A stretch of DNA of 64,000 nt. Source: a virus. Positions 53,172 through 62,724 of the stretch are shown here, one piece after another. The stretch lies in IMG/VR virus record IMGVR_UViG_3300028392_000054, positions 1-64,000 of that record; one strand, 5' to 3'. Under the pieces are notes generated by a model. It was given only the letters and a program-made list of their open reading frames with translations. It was not told the DNA's origin and did no database searches. A program made the position numbers and the translations under genes. The first letter of the stretch is position 1. Each line of letters opens with the position of its first letter.

Positions 53172-55354
53172 TAGTGTCTTCCTCCTGAGCCTCTAGCCTC
53201 ATCTTTAATTGCTTCATCAGCTAAATATTGTTTAATAGCTTCTACAATTCCTACGGTATCTTGAGCACCATTAACATTAATAGTAATATTTCTAGCAATA
53301 CCTATTTCTTTAGTTCCCCATTCATCAGCTTTTACAGCTACATTTAATGCTTCAAGGCCTTTATCTTTTTTAAGCACAGTAGCAATATCTTTAAAATTAT
53401 CTTGTTGCAAAGTTGCAATAGTCGCCGCAATTCCGGCATCTTCATTAGCAAATTCTTGCACACCGCCATTTGGATTTGATAATGACCAGCCAGCATAATT
53501 TTTAGCAATTGAATTACCGTCAGAACGAGTAGTGTTTAACGGGTTATTCCAACCTTGATAGTTATTACCAGAAGAGCTTTCTGAGGAAGCCCAAGATACC
53601 ATAGCAGCTAAATTTGATTTAGTTACCGGAGCGCCCATGCCTTTTAGTACTTTTCCAGCCCACCCTAAAATGCTGTCGTTAGACTGTTTAAATCCTTTAG
53701 GATGAAGTTTTTGATTTCTTAATTCGGAAGAATCATGAGTTTCTTTTTTAGGTTTAGGAATAATTGTGTTTCCACCGCCACCCCCGCCAGTAGGGCTTCC
53801 TCCAGGAAATCCGTTATTACCCGTACCTGAAGTTCCGTTGGGGGTCATTCCGTTAGTGCCATTCGAGCTGTTGTCGTAGTTTTGATTAAGCATCAAACTA
53901 CCTAAAATTCCTACGTCCCAACCGCTACCTGCCCAAGCAGAAGTTCCGCTATCAGGAGTGCTCTTACCAGACATAATGTCCTTGTACCATTGCTCATCAC
54001 GTTGTTGCGTAACGTTTCTAGATATAGCTCCCACACCTAAAGCAAGAGCTGCGGCTAAAGCAACATATTTAATTGCTTTAATTCCTTCCAGAGAAACATC
54101 AGCAGCGCCTTTAGTTGCATCAATAAGTCCTTTAATAAGGATACCTCCGGTGCCATTACCTGCTCCACCTAGAGTTTGGCTAAACGTGGTTGCTGTAACT
54201 AAACTTTCCATTAAAGGCATCATTGCTGTAGCCATTGTAGTAAAACTTGTAATTAAATCATTAGCGCCTTGAATACCTAAAACACCACCTGTTGTATAGG
54301 CGTTTACGTTTGCACTACCTGCGGCATTTCTACGACCAATACTTTGAGTAATACCCGGGTTAGCGCCGGTAGTAAGAAGTTCTTTTTTACCCGCTTCGGT
54401 TTGATAACCGCCGCCAACTTTTGCACCATTATTTTTAGCAAATTGAAACAAATAAGAAATAACGGATTGTTTAAGAACAGCATCTGTTCCGAAATACTGG
54501 TCAAGCAACATGGCCACTGAGTTACCTGCTTGCAAAGAGTATGATAAATCAGCTTCAGTAATTCGTGCAGTTCCAGATTTACTGCCATTTAGTGAACGCC
54601 AAAGATCGCGTGCAATGTCTTCAACGTTGCGCATAAAACCATTTTGGTCACGTACGTTAATACCAATCATACGAAGCTTATTAATACTTGAGCCTTGGTT
54701 AAGGGCGCTTACCGCGTTCATACCACCTTCAAGACCAATACCCGGCATTACGTTAGAAATACCAGCTGTGCTGTTAATAATGGTGTTATAGTTTTTAAGG
54801 CCAGACATAAGGCCCATAGAGTTACCGGCCATAGTCGCATTAGCGGCGTCCATAGCGCTAATTGGAGTACCACGGCTAGACATAGAGGCAAACGCAAAAC
54901 CTCCACCTATGGTACCAATATTATCATTTTTTCTACTATACGACCCTTGGAAGAAACCAAAACGACGACGGGCTATATCGTTGGTTATATATTGCTCACC
55001 ATCAACACCCGTAGCAAGAGCAGTAAGAGCCGCACCCGCCATTGATTTTACGGCAGAAGAAAAACTACTCGCACTAGAACCAGAAGCGCTAGCGCCTCTT
55101 GGGCCACCCGGTCCACCCGGTCCACCCGGCTCTCCTGGCTCTGGCGGCTCACTAGGTTCCGACATAGAAGAAGCACCGCCACCACGACGTTTTTTACCAG
55201 AGTTTTGTAAATTACCAGCAATGCTTTTAGATAACTTTTCAGTTTCTTTAAGGGTAATATTAAGCTTTTTATATTCGTCGTTAAGATCAGCGACTAGGCG
55301 GGTTTTAGATGTACCTCCGCCTAAACCAAAAGAGCTTTTTACACTCGCCGCCAT
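53171..55354 (-). CDS. Tape measure protein with C-terminal lysozyme-like domain
   Basis: Ala/Gly-rich, follows chaperone; WASSES..NNPLNTT..GVQEF..GIAATIATL. Confidence 0.75.
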   Translation of the reverse strand: MAASVKSSFGLGGGTSKTRLVADLNDEYKKLNITLKETEKLSKSIAGNLQNSGKKRRGGGASSMSEPSEPPEPGEPGGPGGPGGPRGASASGSSASSFSSAVKSMAGAALTALATGVDGEQYITNDIARRRFGFFQGSYSRKNDNIGTIGGGFAFASMSSRGTPISAMDAANATMAGNSMGLMSGLKNYNTIINSTAGISNVMPGIGLEGGMNAVSALNQGSSINKLRMIGINVRDQNGFMRNVEDIARDLWRSLNGSKSGTARITEADLSYSLQAGNSVAMLLDQYFGTDAVLKQSVISYLFQFAKNNGAKVGGGYQTEAGKKELLTTGANPGITQSIGRRNAAGSANVNAYTTGGVLGIQGANDLITSFTTMATAMMPLMESLVTATTFSQTLGGAGNGTGGILIKGLIDATKGAADVSLEGIKAIKYVALAAALALGVGAISRNVTQQRDEQWYKDIMSGKSTPDSGTSAWAGSGWDVGILGSLMLNQNYDNSSNGTNGMTPNGTSGTGNNGFPGGSPTGGGGGGNTIIPKPKKETHDSSELRNQKLHPKGFKQSNDSILGWAGKVLKGMGAPVTKSNLAAMVSWASSESSSGNNYQGWNNPLNTTRSDGNSIAKNYAGWSLSNPNGGVQEFANEDAGIAATIATLQQDNFKDIATVLKKDKGLEALNVAVKADEWGTKEIGIARNITINVNGAQDTVGIVEAIKQYLADEAIKDEARGSGGRH

Positions 55355-55363
55355 GTTCTACCT

Positions 55364-55510
55364 TTATTTACGGGCTGCCCTAGACAGCCAATTTCTACGT
55401 TCTCTTACGGACAAACTTCTGATGTCAGACAGCGTCCAGCCGGGAAATGTTCTAGATAGTGCTTCATATTGGTCGAGTAGTTGTTCGTAATCTTTTTCTT
55501 TATAGACGAA
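55364..55510 (-). CDS. Tail assembly chaperone extension (no own start; +1 frame)
   Basis: YEQLLDQYEALSRTFPGWTLSDIRSLSVRERRNWL, typical second chaperone segment upstream of tape measure. Confidence 0.7.
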   Translation of the reverse strand, partial: FVYKEKDYEQLLDQYEALSRTFPGWTLSDIRSLSVRERRNWLSRAARK

Positions 55511-56300
55511 ACAAGTCAGCTAACGACAGTGGAAGAGGGATATCCTCACCACAAGCCTCGCAAGTCGTCTTCACCTCCCCGAGGCGTGGGCCCGGGTTAC
55601 GCTTAATAATCTCATTAATCACACCGTCACGGTCAGCCATACCTAATGTAAGGGCAGTGCTAGCACCTAATGATGGCTCACCGTTTATTGATTTGAGACA
55701 TGAAGCGAGTAAAATGGTGTTGAGCTCTGAGTTTGTCTTATCAGAGTTTTCAACAAGTTTCCTTTGAGCAGCCCCAGTAGGAAGACCTACTACAATTGCT
55801 CCATGCTTTTTAGACATGTATGTAAAAGTTCTGTCATTGATTGGGTCTTCAAGCTCCCTGACAGGGACATCTTTAACCAAATCAACAGCTACTTCTAAAT
55901 CAGTGTTACAGTGTGGGCAAGGGAACTCATAGTCAACGGTATCGCCAAAAGTAACTCGACGAATACCAATCAACAAAGCGTCTCGGTCACCGCTCAATAA
56001 TTGGTCAAGGTCTGCCTTATCTACTGCGTTAGCTCCAATAGAAATTACGCCTCGCTGCAACATTGCAGCAAGTGCTTTACCGGCAGAACCGGCCTTTGAT
56101 ACAGCTTCTTCATCCATGCCGTTTAACTCACGAACTTCACCATATTTAATCAAAGAACCATCCTTAGCCAAGAACCCACCCGGAAGAATTACATTCGAGT
56201 TTGACGGTGCAACGGTTTTAATTTCGGCCTCTGGACCTTTTTCCAAATCCTGTGCGTACTGGGAAATAAGGTTTGGGTCGTTAGAGATATTGTTTGCCAT
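55500..56300 (-). CDS. Tail assembly chaperone / T4 gp26-like hub assembly protein
   Basis: VRELNGMDEE, GDRDALLIGIRRVTFG, CPHC, CEAC, ends LFRL. Confidence 0.8.
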   Translation of the reverse strand: MANNISNDPNLISQYAQDLEKGPEAEIKTVAPSNSNVILPGGFLAKDGSLIKYGEVRELNGMDEEAVSKAGSAGKALAAMLQRGVISIGANAVDKADLDQLLSGDRDALLIGIRRVTFGDTVDYEFPCPHCNTDLEVAVDLVKDVPVRELEDPINDRTFTYMSKKHGAIVVGLPTGAAQRKLVENSDKTNSELNTILLASCLKSINGEPSLGASTALTLGMADRDGVINEIIKRNPGPRLGEVKTTCEACGEDIPLPLSLADLFRL

Positions 56301-56350
56301 GTTGTACTCCTAATTAGATATAGCTATTTTATCAGATTTTAAATGTTAAA

Positions 56351-56980
56351 TTACGTTAGTGTAGCTGATACGTTTGAACCAAAGTTAGCTAGCTGAACTG
56401 ATAGACCTTCGTGAACCAAAGTCATAGTTTCATACATCAATGAGTTGTCAGAAGCGCTTAGGTCTGAATAGCTAAGGCCTGAAATCCATGCGTTGTGCAC
56501 AATAAACTTCATCTTGTAAGAAGACTTATTAATGATGTCTGAGGCGCTAATAGCAGGAGCACCAGTAGCTGGGTGGTCTAGTACGTAGATATCCATGTCA
56601 CAGCGGAATGATGAACCATCTACTCCGGCAATACCTTCACCAGAGCTAGCAGCAAACAACTGCTTAAACCAGTTGATACCTTCGCTCTGACCTAGGATTA
56701 CACCACGTGAAAGAGTAATTGGCTGGAAAGTAACACGACCAGGAAGCTGGTGCAAAGATGTATTCATACCACCTTCACGGTAACTAATTCCATCAATAGT
56801 CATACCTAGACCTGATACAGATGTAAACCCGCCCTTGAACTTCAAGAAGCTGTTTACACCGGCAGCAGATGAACCTGGTACACCAGTATCTCCATTTATA
56901 CGGAAATCAACAATGAACCTAAAGTTTCTTAAAGGGTCAGTTTGTAGTTTTGAAAAGCGTGAAATTGCGCTCTGTGCCAT
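56351..56980 (-). CDS. Tail tube protein (T4 gp19-like)
   Basis: DPLRNFRF, GFTSVSGL, YREGG, LPG..ITLSRG, NAW, LVHEG. Confidence 0.92.
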   Translation of the reverse strand: MAQSAISRFSKLQTDPLRNFRFIVDFRINGDTGVPGSSAAGVNSFLKFKGGFTSVSGLGMTIDGISYREGGMNTSLHQLPGRVTFQPITLSRGVILGQSEGINWFKQLFAASSGEGIAGVDGSSFRCDMDIYVLDHPATGAPAISASDIINKSSYKMKFIVHNAWISGLSYSDLSASDNSLMYETMTLVHEGLSVQLANFGSNVSATLT

Positions 56981-56992
56981 TTATTTTTCCTC

Positions 56993-59719
56993 CTACAGGA
57001 CTGTTACAACAGAACCACTGTCGTACTGGCTAATACGGATTACCACAAATTCAGCAGGACGCTGAAGTGCTACACCGATTTCTAAGTGAACCTCACCAGC
57101 AGCAATGCTAGATACGGTGTTGATGGAGCTATCGGATTTTACGTAGAAAGCGTCCAATGCTGTAGTTCCTTTTAGACCTCCGGATTGCCAGAAGTTAATT
57201 AGGATTGCTTCACAAGTGGTCTGTAGACGGTTCCATAGGCGCTCGTCGTTTGACTCAAATAAAGCAAAAGCTGTTGAATCTGTCAGGGTCTTACGTAAGT
57301 AAATAAGGCTTCTACGTACTGAAATATAGCGGTTGCTGTATGTGCTGCTAAGTGTACGAGCACCCATTACTACGATTCCAGAACCTGGGATATAACGAAT
57401 AGCGTTCACAGGAGTAGCAGTAGCAAACGTATTAGGATTAGTTGTTCCGTTGTTTAGGTAATCCAATTCGTTGTTTGTCAAAGTAGTAACTGATACAACA
57501 CCAGACAAACGAGCTTCTAGACCAGCAGGTGACTTAAAGACACCACGTGAGCTATCGGTTGTAGCATACTTAGCAGCAATCGCTCCACCAGGATAAGCAG
57601 TAGTAATTGCGCCAGGGCTGCTGGATGTAGGGTTTGGAATTGTTAGGTTGGGATAGTAAACCGCACCATAACCAAGAGCCGCAGAACCAGCAGAACCACC
57701 TGTGTATGAGTTAGCCAAAGTAAGTTGACTTGTCACATCTAGAGTAGCTTGTGTAGGGTCAATTATTACAAAAACATCACCACGGTTATACGCGTATGTA
57801 AGAAGCGCGTTTACGTTAGCTGCTTCAGTAACACCAGAAGCATTTAGCAAAATAGGCTGGTTAATGGCATCCAACTTTGCAGTAGCACTAGTAGCTGCTA
57901 CAGCAGTGTTGGTTACAGTAGAACCATCGCTACCACCGGTAAGGGCGGCATTTGTAAATGTTAAAGAAGTGTTTGCAGGTACCGTCATTGATGCGCTTAA
58001 AACCGCAGTATTAGAAGTAACTGTTCCAAGGGCAGTAATTGCACCTGGGTTTGAGCCCACGTTAATTACCAATGTTGTACCAGTCGTACCGGTTTGAGCT
58101 GTGAAAGTACCGTTGTAACCTGTTGGAGTAACGCCAGAAACAACTACAGTTGCACCTACAGCAATATTGTGATTGCTAGCAGTAGACAATGTAATGTTTG
58201 GAGCAGAATAGCTAACAGTTTGCGCAATAATAACCGCAGCAACACCATAACTAGAAACAGTAGTTCCAGAAGTGATACCATTACCAGCAACGTTCATACC
58301 CGCATTAATGCTAGAGCTAGTGCTAGTTAAGTTAACCAAAGTGCTTGCACCAAGTGCGCCCGTTGAAGTAGCTGTTTGAGATACTAACGCTGTTGTAACA
58401 GGAGTATTTGTAGTAGCAAAGTTAACTGCGGTGTGGTTAGCTGCGTTAGAATCAGTAGCAATTACGTAGTTAGACGAAGCGTTAATAATAGTAGGCGCAT
58501 ATGATGATTCTGTTGCAAGTAATGTAAGATCGCTAAAACGTTCTACAATGTAACCAGCAGAAGTTCCACCTGAATAAATAGCCAAGTTAAAATACTTACC
58601 AGGATATGAAGTGTTTGAGGTAGAATTTGAAATTTCATAATAAAGACCATTAGTCCATAAACCAGGGGTCTTAGCGGTTAGTGTAAGCTCATCTGTACCG
58701 CTTTGTGAAGTAGCCGTGCCCGCAGTAGTAAGAATTGCAGAAGGTGACTGAACATTTGTAACCGTGAATGATGAGGTGGTCGGCACAGCCGTTACTACGA
58801 ATGTACCATTGTAAGTAGAAGGAACAGCACCTGCTACCACAACAGTTTGTCCAACCTTTATATTGTGAGCTGTGTTAACCACAATGTTACCGGCAACAGT
58901 AATCGCACCTAAGTTTGCACCTGTGTTAATTACCAAAGATGTGGTAGTTGTACCAGTCTGTGCGGTCCAAGTACCGTTATAACCGGCTGGAGTAACACCA
59001 GAAATAGTAACTACTGTACCAACAGTTAAACCGGTAATTGCGCTAATTCCAATAGAGCTGTTTGGGGCAGAATATGTAGGAGTAGGGGTACCAGTAGGGT
59101 AACCAGTACCTGTAGTAAGAGTTACGCTAGTTCCGCTGGTTACTGGAGTCTGAAGACCAACAGCAACTGTAGTATTTCCCTTAATCTTTACAGAAGAAGC
59201 TATAGTGCTTGTAACTGTAAGCGGAGTTCCTGCTGGAACAGTAGCATTTTTGCTTAAAGTCAAAGTTGTACCAGCTACCACGGTAATAATAGTTCCTGCT
59301 GAAATACCATTACCAGTAATAGTTGCGCCAACAGCATTTGCAGAAGTAATTGTGCCCGCGGTAGTTCCATCCGATGTAGCAAGGCCAGAAGCAGCGGCAA
59401 TAGTTAACGTAGCGCTATTTGAAGTAGCAGAACCTGAAACAGCAGCTGTAGTAACTACTACACGCTGGATGTAACACTGGCTTCCACCATTAGCAAAAAA
59501 TAGGTAAACAGCAGTCGCAGAATCTGCGTCTGTAGAGTTAGCCAAAATATCACCATACAGAGATGTGAACTGGCTCCATGAAGACACTAGAGTGGCGTCA
59601 AGTGGGCCTTTTGCAAAATAGCCCATAAAAGTAGCTACTGTGGCAGTAGGGGTAGAGGACAGCGCTACAGAAGAAGCGACTTCTTCTAGGTATACTCCGG
59701 GGCGGTTATAAGTCGCCAT
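56993..59719 (-). CDS. Contractile tail sheath protein with inserted beta modules
   Basis: RPGVYLEE, FFANGG, RGVFKSPAG, GARTL, YISVRR, FESND..LW, RPAEFVVIRI. Confidence 0.95.
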   Translation of the reverse strand: MATYNRPGVYLEEVASSVALSSTPTATVATFMGYFAKGPLDATLVSSWSQFTSLYGDILANSTDADSATAVYLFFANGGSQCYIQRVVVTTAAVSGSATSNSATLTIAAASGLATSDGTTAGTITSANAVGATITGNGISAGTIITVVAGTTLTLSKNATVPAGTPLTVTSTIASSVKIKGNTTVAVGLQTPVTSGTSVTLTTGTGYPTGTPTPTYSAPNSSIGISAITGLTVGTVVTISGVTPAGYNGTWTAQTGTTTTSLVINTGANLGAITVAGNIVVNTAHNIKVGQTVVVAGAVPSTYNGTFVVTAVPTTSSFTVTNVQSPSAILTTAGTATSQSGTDELTLTAKTPGLWTNGLYYEISNSTSNTSYPGKYFNLAIYSGGTSAGYIVERFSDLTLLATESSYAPTIINASSNYVIATDSNAANHTAVNFATTNTPVTTALVSQTATSTGALGASTLVNLTSTSSSINAGMNVAGNGITSGTTVSSYGVAAVIIAQTVSYSAPNITLSTASNHNIAVGATVVVSGVTPTGYNGTFTAQTGTTGTTLVINVGSNPGAITALGTVTSNTAVLSASMTVPANTSLTFTNAALTGGSDGSTVTNTAVAATSATAKLDAINQPILLNASGVTEAANVNALLTYAYNRGDVFVIIDPTQATLDVTSQLTLANSYTGGSAGSAALGYGAVYYPNLTIPNPTSSSPGAITTAYPGGAIAAKYATTDSSRGVFKSPAGLEARLSGVVSVTTLTNNELDYLNNGTTNPNTFATATPVNAIRYIPGSGIVVMGARTLSSTYSNRYISVRRSLIYLRKTLTDSTAFALFESNDERLWNRLQTTCEAILINFWQSGGLKGTTALDAFYVKSDSSINTVSSIAAGEVHLEIGVALQRPAEFVVIRISQYDSGSVVTVL

Positions 59720-59758
59720 AAGATTTTCTCCTTGAGGTTAGTTGAGGGTAAACAAATA

Positions 59759-60376
59759 TTAAACGGGTTGTTGTCCAGATGGGATATCGGTTGTTGTTTT
59801 TGTATTAATATTTACAGTGGATACTGTGTTTGTAGCTGTTGTGTATGTAGCTGCGGTTCCTTCGCTACTCACGGTCACGGTGAATACATTTCGGTATAAC
59901 CGGCGGTTATCTTCAATGGTATCACGTTTTGTGAACTCTTCTAATATCAAATGCCTATAAGATGTCTCGGTCGCTAAGTCATTAGGAACCGATAAATAGC
60001 CGCGTTTTGATATAAAAACCTTATTTAAAAGATGAGCAATAATAGCTCTATCATGCCTAGGATGGCGGGAATAAGTAGTAATCTGGTACATTAAATCCCA
60101 AGCCACAGGAATTTCATAGCTATAAACAGTATTACCGCTAGGAGCAATTGTGCCCTGTAAGTCATTATCTTGGAATACCCCAGAGTGCTGGCGGTAAGTA
60201 GCTGGGTCAAAGTCTAATAACTCAATAGTAATATAAGGGTAACTTTGGGCTCTAGACTCTAAATCTGGGTTAGAAAACCATACACCAACTGAGCGGGTAG
60301 CATTTTTGTCATCCGCTACTACAATCCCAGTAAGCAAGGTTTTAAGGGCAAGGTCTTCACTTAGGATAAAACTCAT
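59759..60376 (-). CDS. Tail terminator/completion protein
   Basis: YPYITI, P.AWDLMYQITTYSR; upstream of sheath. Confidence 0.7.
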   Translation of the reverse strand: MSFILSEDLALKTLLTGIVVADDKNATRSVGVWFSNPDLESRAQSYPYITIELLDFDPATYRQHSGVFQDNDLQGTIAPSGNTVYSYEIPVAWDLMYQITTYSRHPRHDRAIIAHLLNKVFISKRGYLSVPNDLATETSYRHLILEEFTKRDTIEDNRRLYRNVFTVTVSSEGTAATYTTATNTVSTVNINTKTTTDIPSGQQPV

Positions 60377-60699
60377 GGAATAATCCCCTGCTCAGCTAAA
60401 TAATCTAGGGATGAACCAGCTAAATCTTTAGCAATGAAGTTCATGTTTTTAGTAACAAATCTTCTAAATATAGGCTTAGGGCTCTCAATACCGTCGCCAT
60501 ACTCTAAGTCATCAATTTGCTGGGTATATCGTTCAGGATAATAAACAATGATTTTTAAATCTTTTATTTCAACTTTAAGTTGAGAAGATATGTTTCTTGG
60601 CCACTCTGCGTTTTCAGCGTCTATCTTTAATAACTTAGTAAGGTCTTTGTTTATTCCCGTAAAAGCCTTTTTTGAATATGCTACAAATTCTACGCTCAT
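60373..60699 (-). CDS. Neck/tail completion protein
   Basis: DLEYG...PKPIFR (HK97 gp10-like motif). Confidence 0.6.
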   Translation of the reverse strand: MSVEFVAYSKKAFTGINKDLTKLLKIDAENAEWPRNISSQLKVEIKDLKIIVYYPERYTQQIDDLEYGDGIESPKPIFRRFVTKNMNFIAKDLAGSSLDYLAEQGIIP

Positions 60700-60842
60700 T
60701 TTTTACGCCGCATCGATTTATTTAAAATAAGCGCAATCAATAATTTTTTGTCGTCTGGAAAGCCATCCAAAAAACCTAAAAAGAACTTCTTGTCTGAAGG
60801 TTTAGATACCTTGGACTTAGGGTCCTTGTCAATAGATGACAT
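60696..60842 (-). CDS. 48-aa hypothetical protein (not in ORF track)
   Basis: GGAG SD; ATGA overlap with the next gene. Confidence 0.55.
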   Translation of the reverse strand: MSSIDKDPKSKVSKPSDKKFFLGFLDGFPDDKKLLIALILNKSMRRKK

Positions 60843-60918
60843 GATAGTCTCCAATGGAGTAGCAATATACAACGCAAATTTGAATCAGCCCCCGCATAGG
60901 GCTACTATTAGGATAAAA

Positions 60919-60945
60919 GAAAAGCCCCGCTTTCGCAGGGCTAAA
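60919..60945 (-). terminator. Terminator after the basic-protein cluster
   Basis: AGCCC.GC/GC.GGGCT stem with U-tract on the - strand. Confidence 0.6.
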
Positions 60946-60956
60946 CTTTTTAATTA

Positions 60957-61292
60957 TTACGGCTTCTTTTTCTTGAAAGAAGGACCATCTTTCATAGGCT
61001 TATTAACAGGGTTTTTAGCCTTACCCTCAGACCAAACACCGGCAACATTACCTTTTCTTACAGCTTTTTTAGTGCCCTTTAAGTCCTTGTTAATGTTCAA
61101 AGCTTCGTTAACAAGCTTGCCTTTCTTATCGTAAGACGGCCTGTCTGTTCTAGAATAGCTAGTACCTTTAGTTTGAGTCCATTTACTTTTATCATCTTTA
61201 TTACTTTGAACAGTGACTTTAGCACCGCTTGGGGTTCTAACCGTATTGGTAATAATTTTTTTACGAGTTGGTTTTGGATTATTCTTTCCCAT
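60957..61292 (-). CDS. Lys-rich small protein
   Basis: ORF track; highly basic. Confidence 0.7.
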   Translation of the reverse strand: MGKNNPKPTRKKIITNTVRTPSGAKVTVQSNKDDKSKWTQTKGTSYSRTDRPSYDKKGKLVNEALNINKDLKGTKKAVRKGNVAGVWSEGKAKNPVNKPMKDGPSFKKKKP

Positions 61293-61294
61293 GG

Positions 61295-61564
61295 TTACTT
61301 TTTCTTTCCTTTACAGGTAGGGCACTTGCCACACTTACCATTAGTACACTTCTTAACCTTAGCGGCTAGAGCTTTGTCCATCTTCATGTCGGCAGACTTA
61401 GACGGGTTCTTAGCATCCATCTTCTTGTCGCCCTTTTTAAAGGCGGTTTTCTGCTTAGGGCTCATGCCCTGCATCATTTTCTTATCAGCTTTTTCGTCAG
61501 CCTTTGAGCCGGTCCAAGGGTTCTTGCCCTTGTTTGCTGCGTTCTTTTTAGCGTGCATCGCCAT
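61295..61564 (-). CDS. Lys-rich small protein with C-terminal Cys cluster
   Basis: DEKADKKM...CTNGKCGKCPTC. Confidence 0.7.
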   Translation of the reverse strand: MAMHAKKNAANKGKNPWTGSKADEKADKKMMQGMSPKQKTAFKKGDKKMDAKNPSKSADMKMDKALAAKVKKCTNGKCGKCPTCKGKKK

Positions 61565-61621
61565 TTGACGGGTCCTTTCGACAGTTACAATTATTACATT
61601 TACACTCTGGCATTATTGGTC

Positions 61622-61801
61622 TTACTCCTTAAAATCTTCAACAGCTTTATTCTTAGCCGCCGATCTTGTTCTAGCTCTTTTAGTAGCAGGGTTTTTATGC
61701 CCACCAGTTTTAAATTTGCCCATATTTTCGTGCAATTCAGCAGACGCCGCTTTACGCATAGCCGCCTCAGCTTTATTTAGATTTTGCTTTTTTGGAAACA
61801 T
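61622..61801 (-). CDS. 59-aa basic protein (not in ORF track)
   Basis: MFPKKQNLNK...RARTRSAAKNKAVEDFKE. Confidence 0.55.
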   Translation of the reverse strand: MFPKKQNLNKAEAAMRKAASAELHENMGKFKTGGHKNPATKRARTRSAAKNKAVEDFKE

Positions 61802-62105
61802 TCTTCTTGCCCTCTAAACGCTTAGACATAGCCGCAGCCTTCTTCCTAGCATCAGCTTTTGAAGAAGCACCCCAAGCCTGCAACGACAGTAGGAGCCTTG
61901 TAGGCTCGCCATTAGGCTTACGCTCAGGGCCTGGATTACCTGCCATACGAGCCAAGAAAGAAGCCCTACGCGGGTTATCACCGGACTTTACAGGTGCCTT
62001 TAGGTCGGAGCCTGGATTAGCCCTCTCATAGGACTTACGGCCCTTTTCATTAAGGCCGCCTTTAGCGTTTTTACCTGACTTTTTCTGCCATGCTTCACTT
62101 GCCAT
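61773..62105 (-). CDS. DUF6321-like basic phage protein
   Basis: AWQKK.GKN.KGGLNEKGRKSY...LKAP...RRASF.ARM...L.AW. Confidence 0.75.
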   Translation of the reverse strand: MASEAWQKKSGKNAKGGLNEKGRKSYERANPGSDLKAPVKSGDNPRRASFLARMAGNPGPERKPNGEPTRLLLSLQAWGASSKADARKKAAAMSKRLEGKKNVSKKAKSK

Positions 62106-62269
62106 TATTTCTTCTTCTTCTTAGCAGCTGCCATATTGTCTACAAGATTAGGATAAGGTCTACCAGCAGCTTTAGCACGAGCCTTAGCAGCAGCCTTCTT
62201 AGGCTTAGTTAGTTTCTTATCTTTTTTAGTAGGGTCTGGAGTTTCCCAGACTTTTTTCTCTTTAGCCAT
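62105..62269 (-). CDS. 54-aa Lys/Ala-rich protein (not in ORF track)
   Basis: VWETPDP...AAAKARAKAAGRPYPNLVDNM. Confidence 0.7.
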   Translation of the reverse strand: MAKEKKVWETPDPTKKDKKLTKPKKAAAKARAKAAGRPYPNLVDNMAAAKKKKK

Positions 62270-62484
62270 TATTTAATCCTTGGGTGTTCTTTGTGAAATT
62301 TCTTAGTAGCCTTTACGCCTTGTTTAACAGTCTTAGAGCCAGCAAGCTTAGTAAGATTCATACGTTGCTTTTTACCAGTCTTACTGTTTTGTTCAACAAT
62401 AATGTCACCTTTTTTACCAGCGCCTTTGTCAACCTTCTTTTTAGTGACTTTATGCGCTTTTCCAGAAGCAGTTACTTTAGTCAT
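62269..62484 (-). CDS. Lys-rich small protein
   Basis: ORF track; coupled. Confidence 0.7.
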   Translation of the reverse strand: MTKVTASGKAHKVTKKKVDKGAGKKGDIIVEQNSKTGKKQRMNLTKLAGSKTVKQGVKATKKFHKEHPRIK

Positions 62485-62592
62485 TTTTCTTCTTCTTTAC
62501 TTCAACAACTGCCTTAGCAATAATTGCTACAACAGACACAATAGTTAATCCAACAATAAGTAGTATTCCGGTGTAATAAGGCAGGTCGATAG

Positions 62593-62724
62593 TCATTTCT
62601 TCTTCTTTACGTTTACTTTTTTAGGTAAAGCATTTTGATTAGGGGTTTCTTTAGCCCAACGCTTAGCCATTTCCGGCTTAGTGGCAAACATCCATTTTTC
62701 TTGTTTCTTAGACTTAAAAGGCAT
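62593..62724 (-). CDS. 43-aa basic protein (not in ORF track)
   Basis: MPFKSKKQEKWMFATKPEMAKRWAKETP. Confidence 0.7.
   Translation of the reverse strand: MPFKSKKQEKWMFATKPEMAKRWAKETPNQNALPKKVNVKKKK

Noticed and set aside
55103-55150. 9-bp tandem repeat CCACCCGGT in the tape measure gene
   Set aside because: Encodes an in-frame PGG linker; ordinary low-complexity coding repeat.
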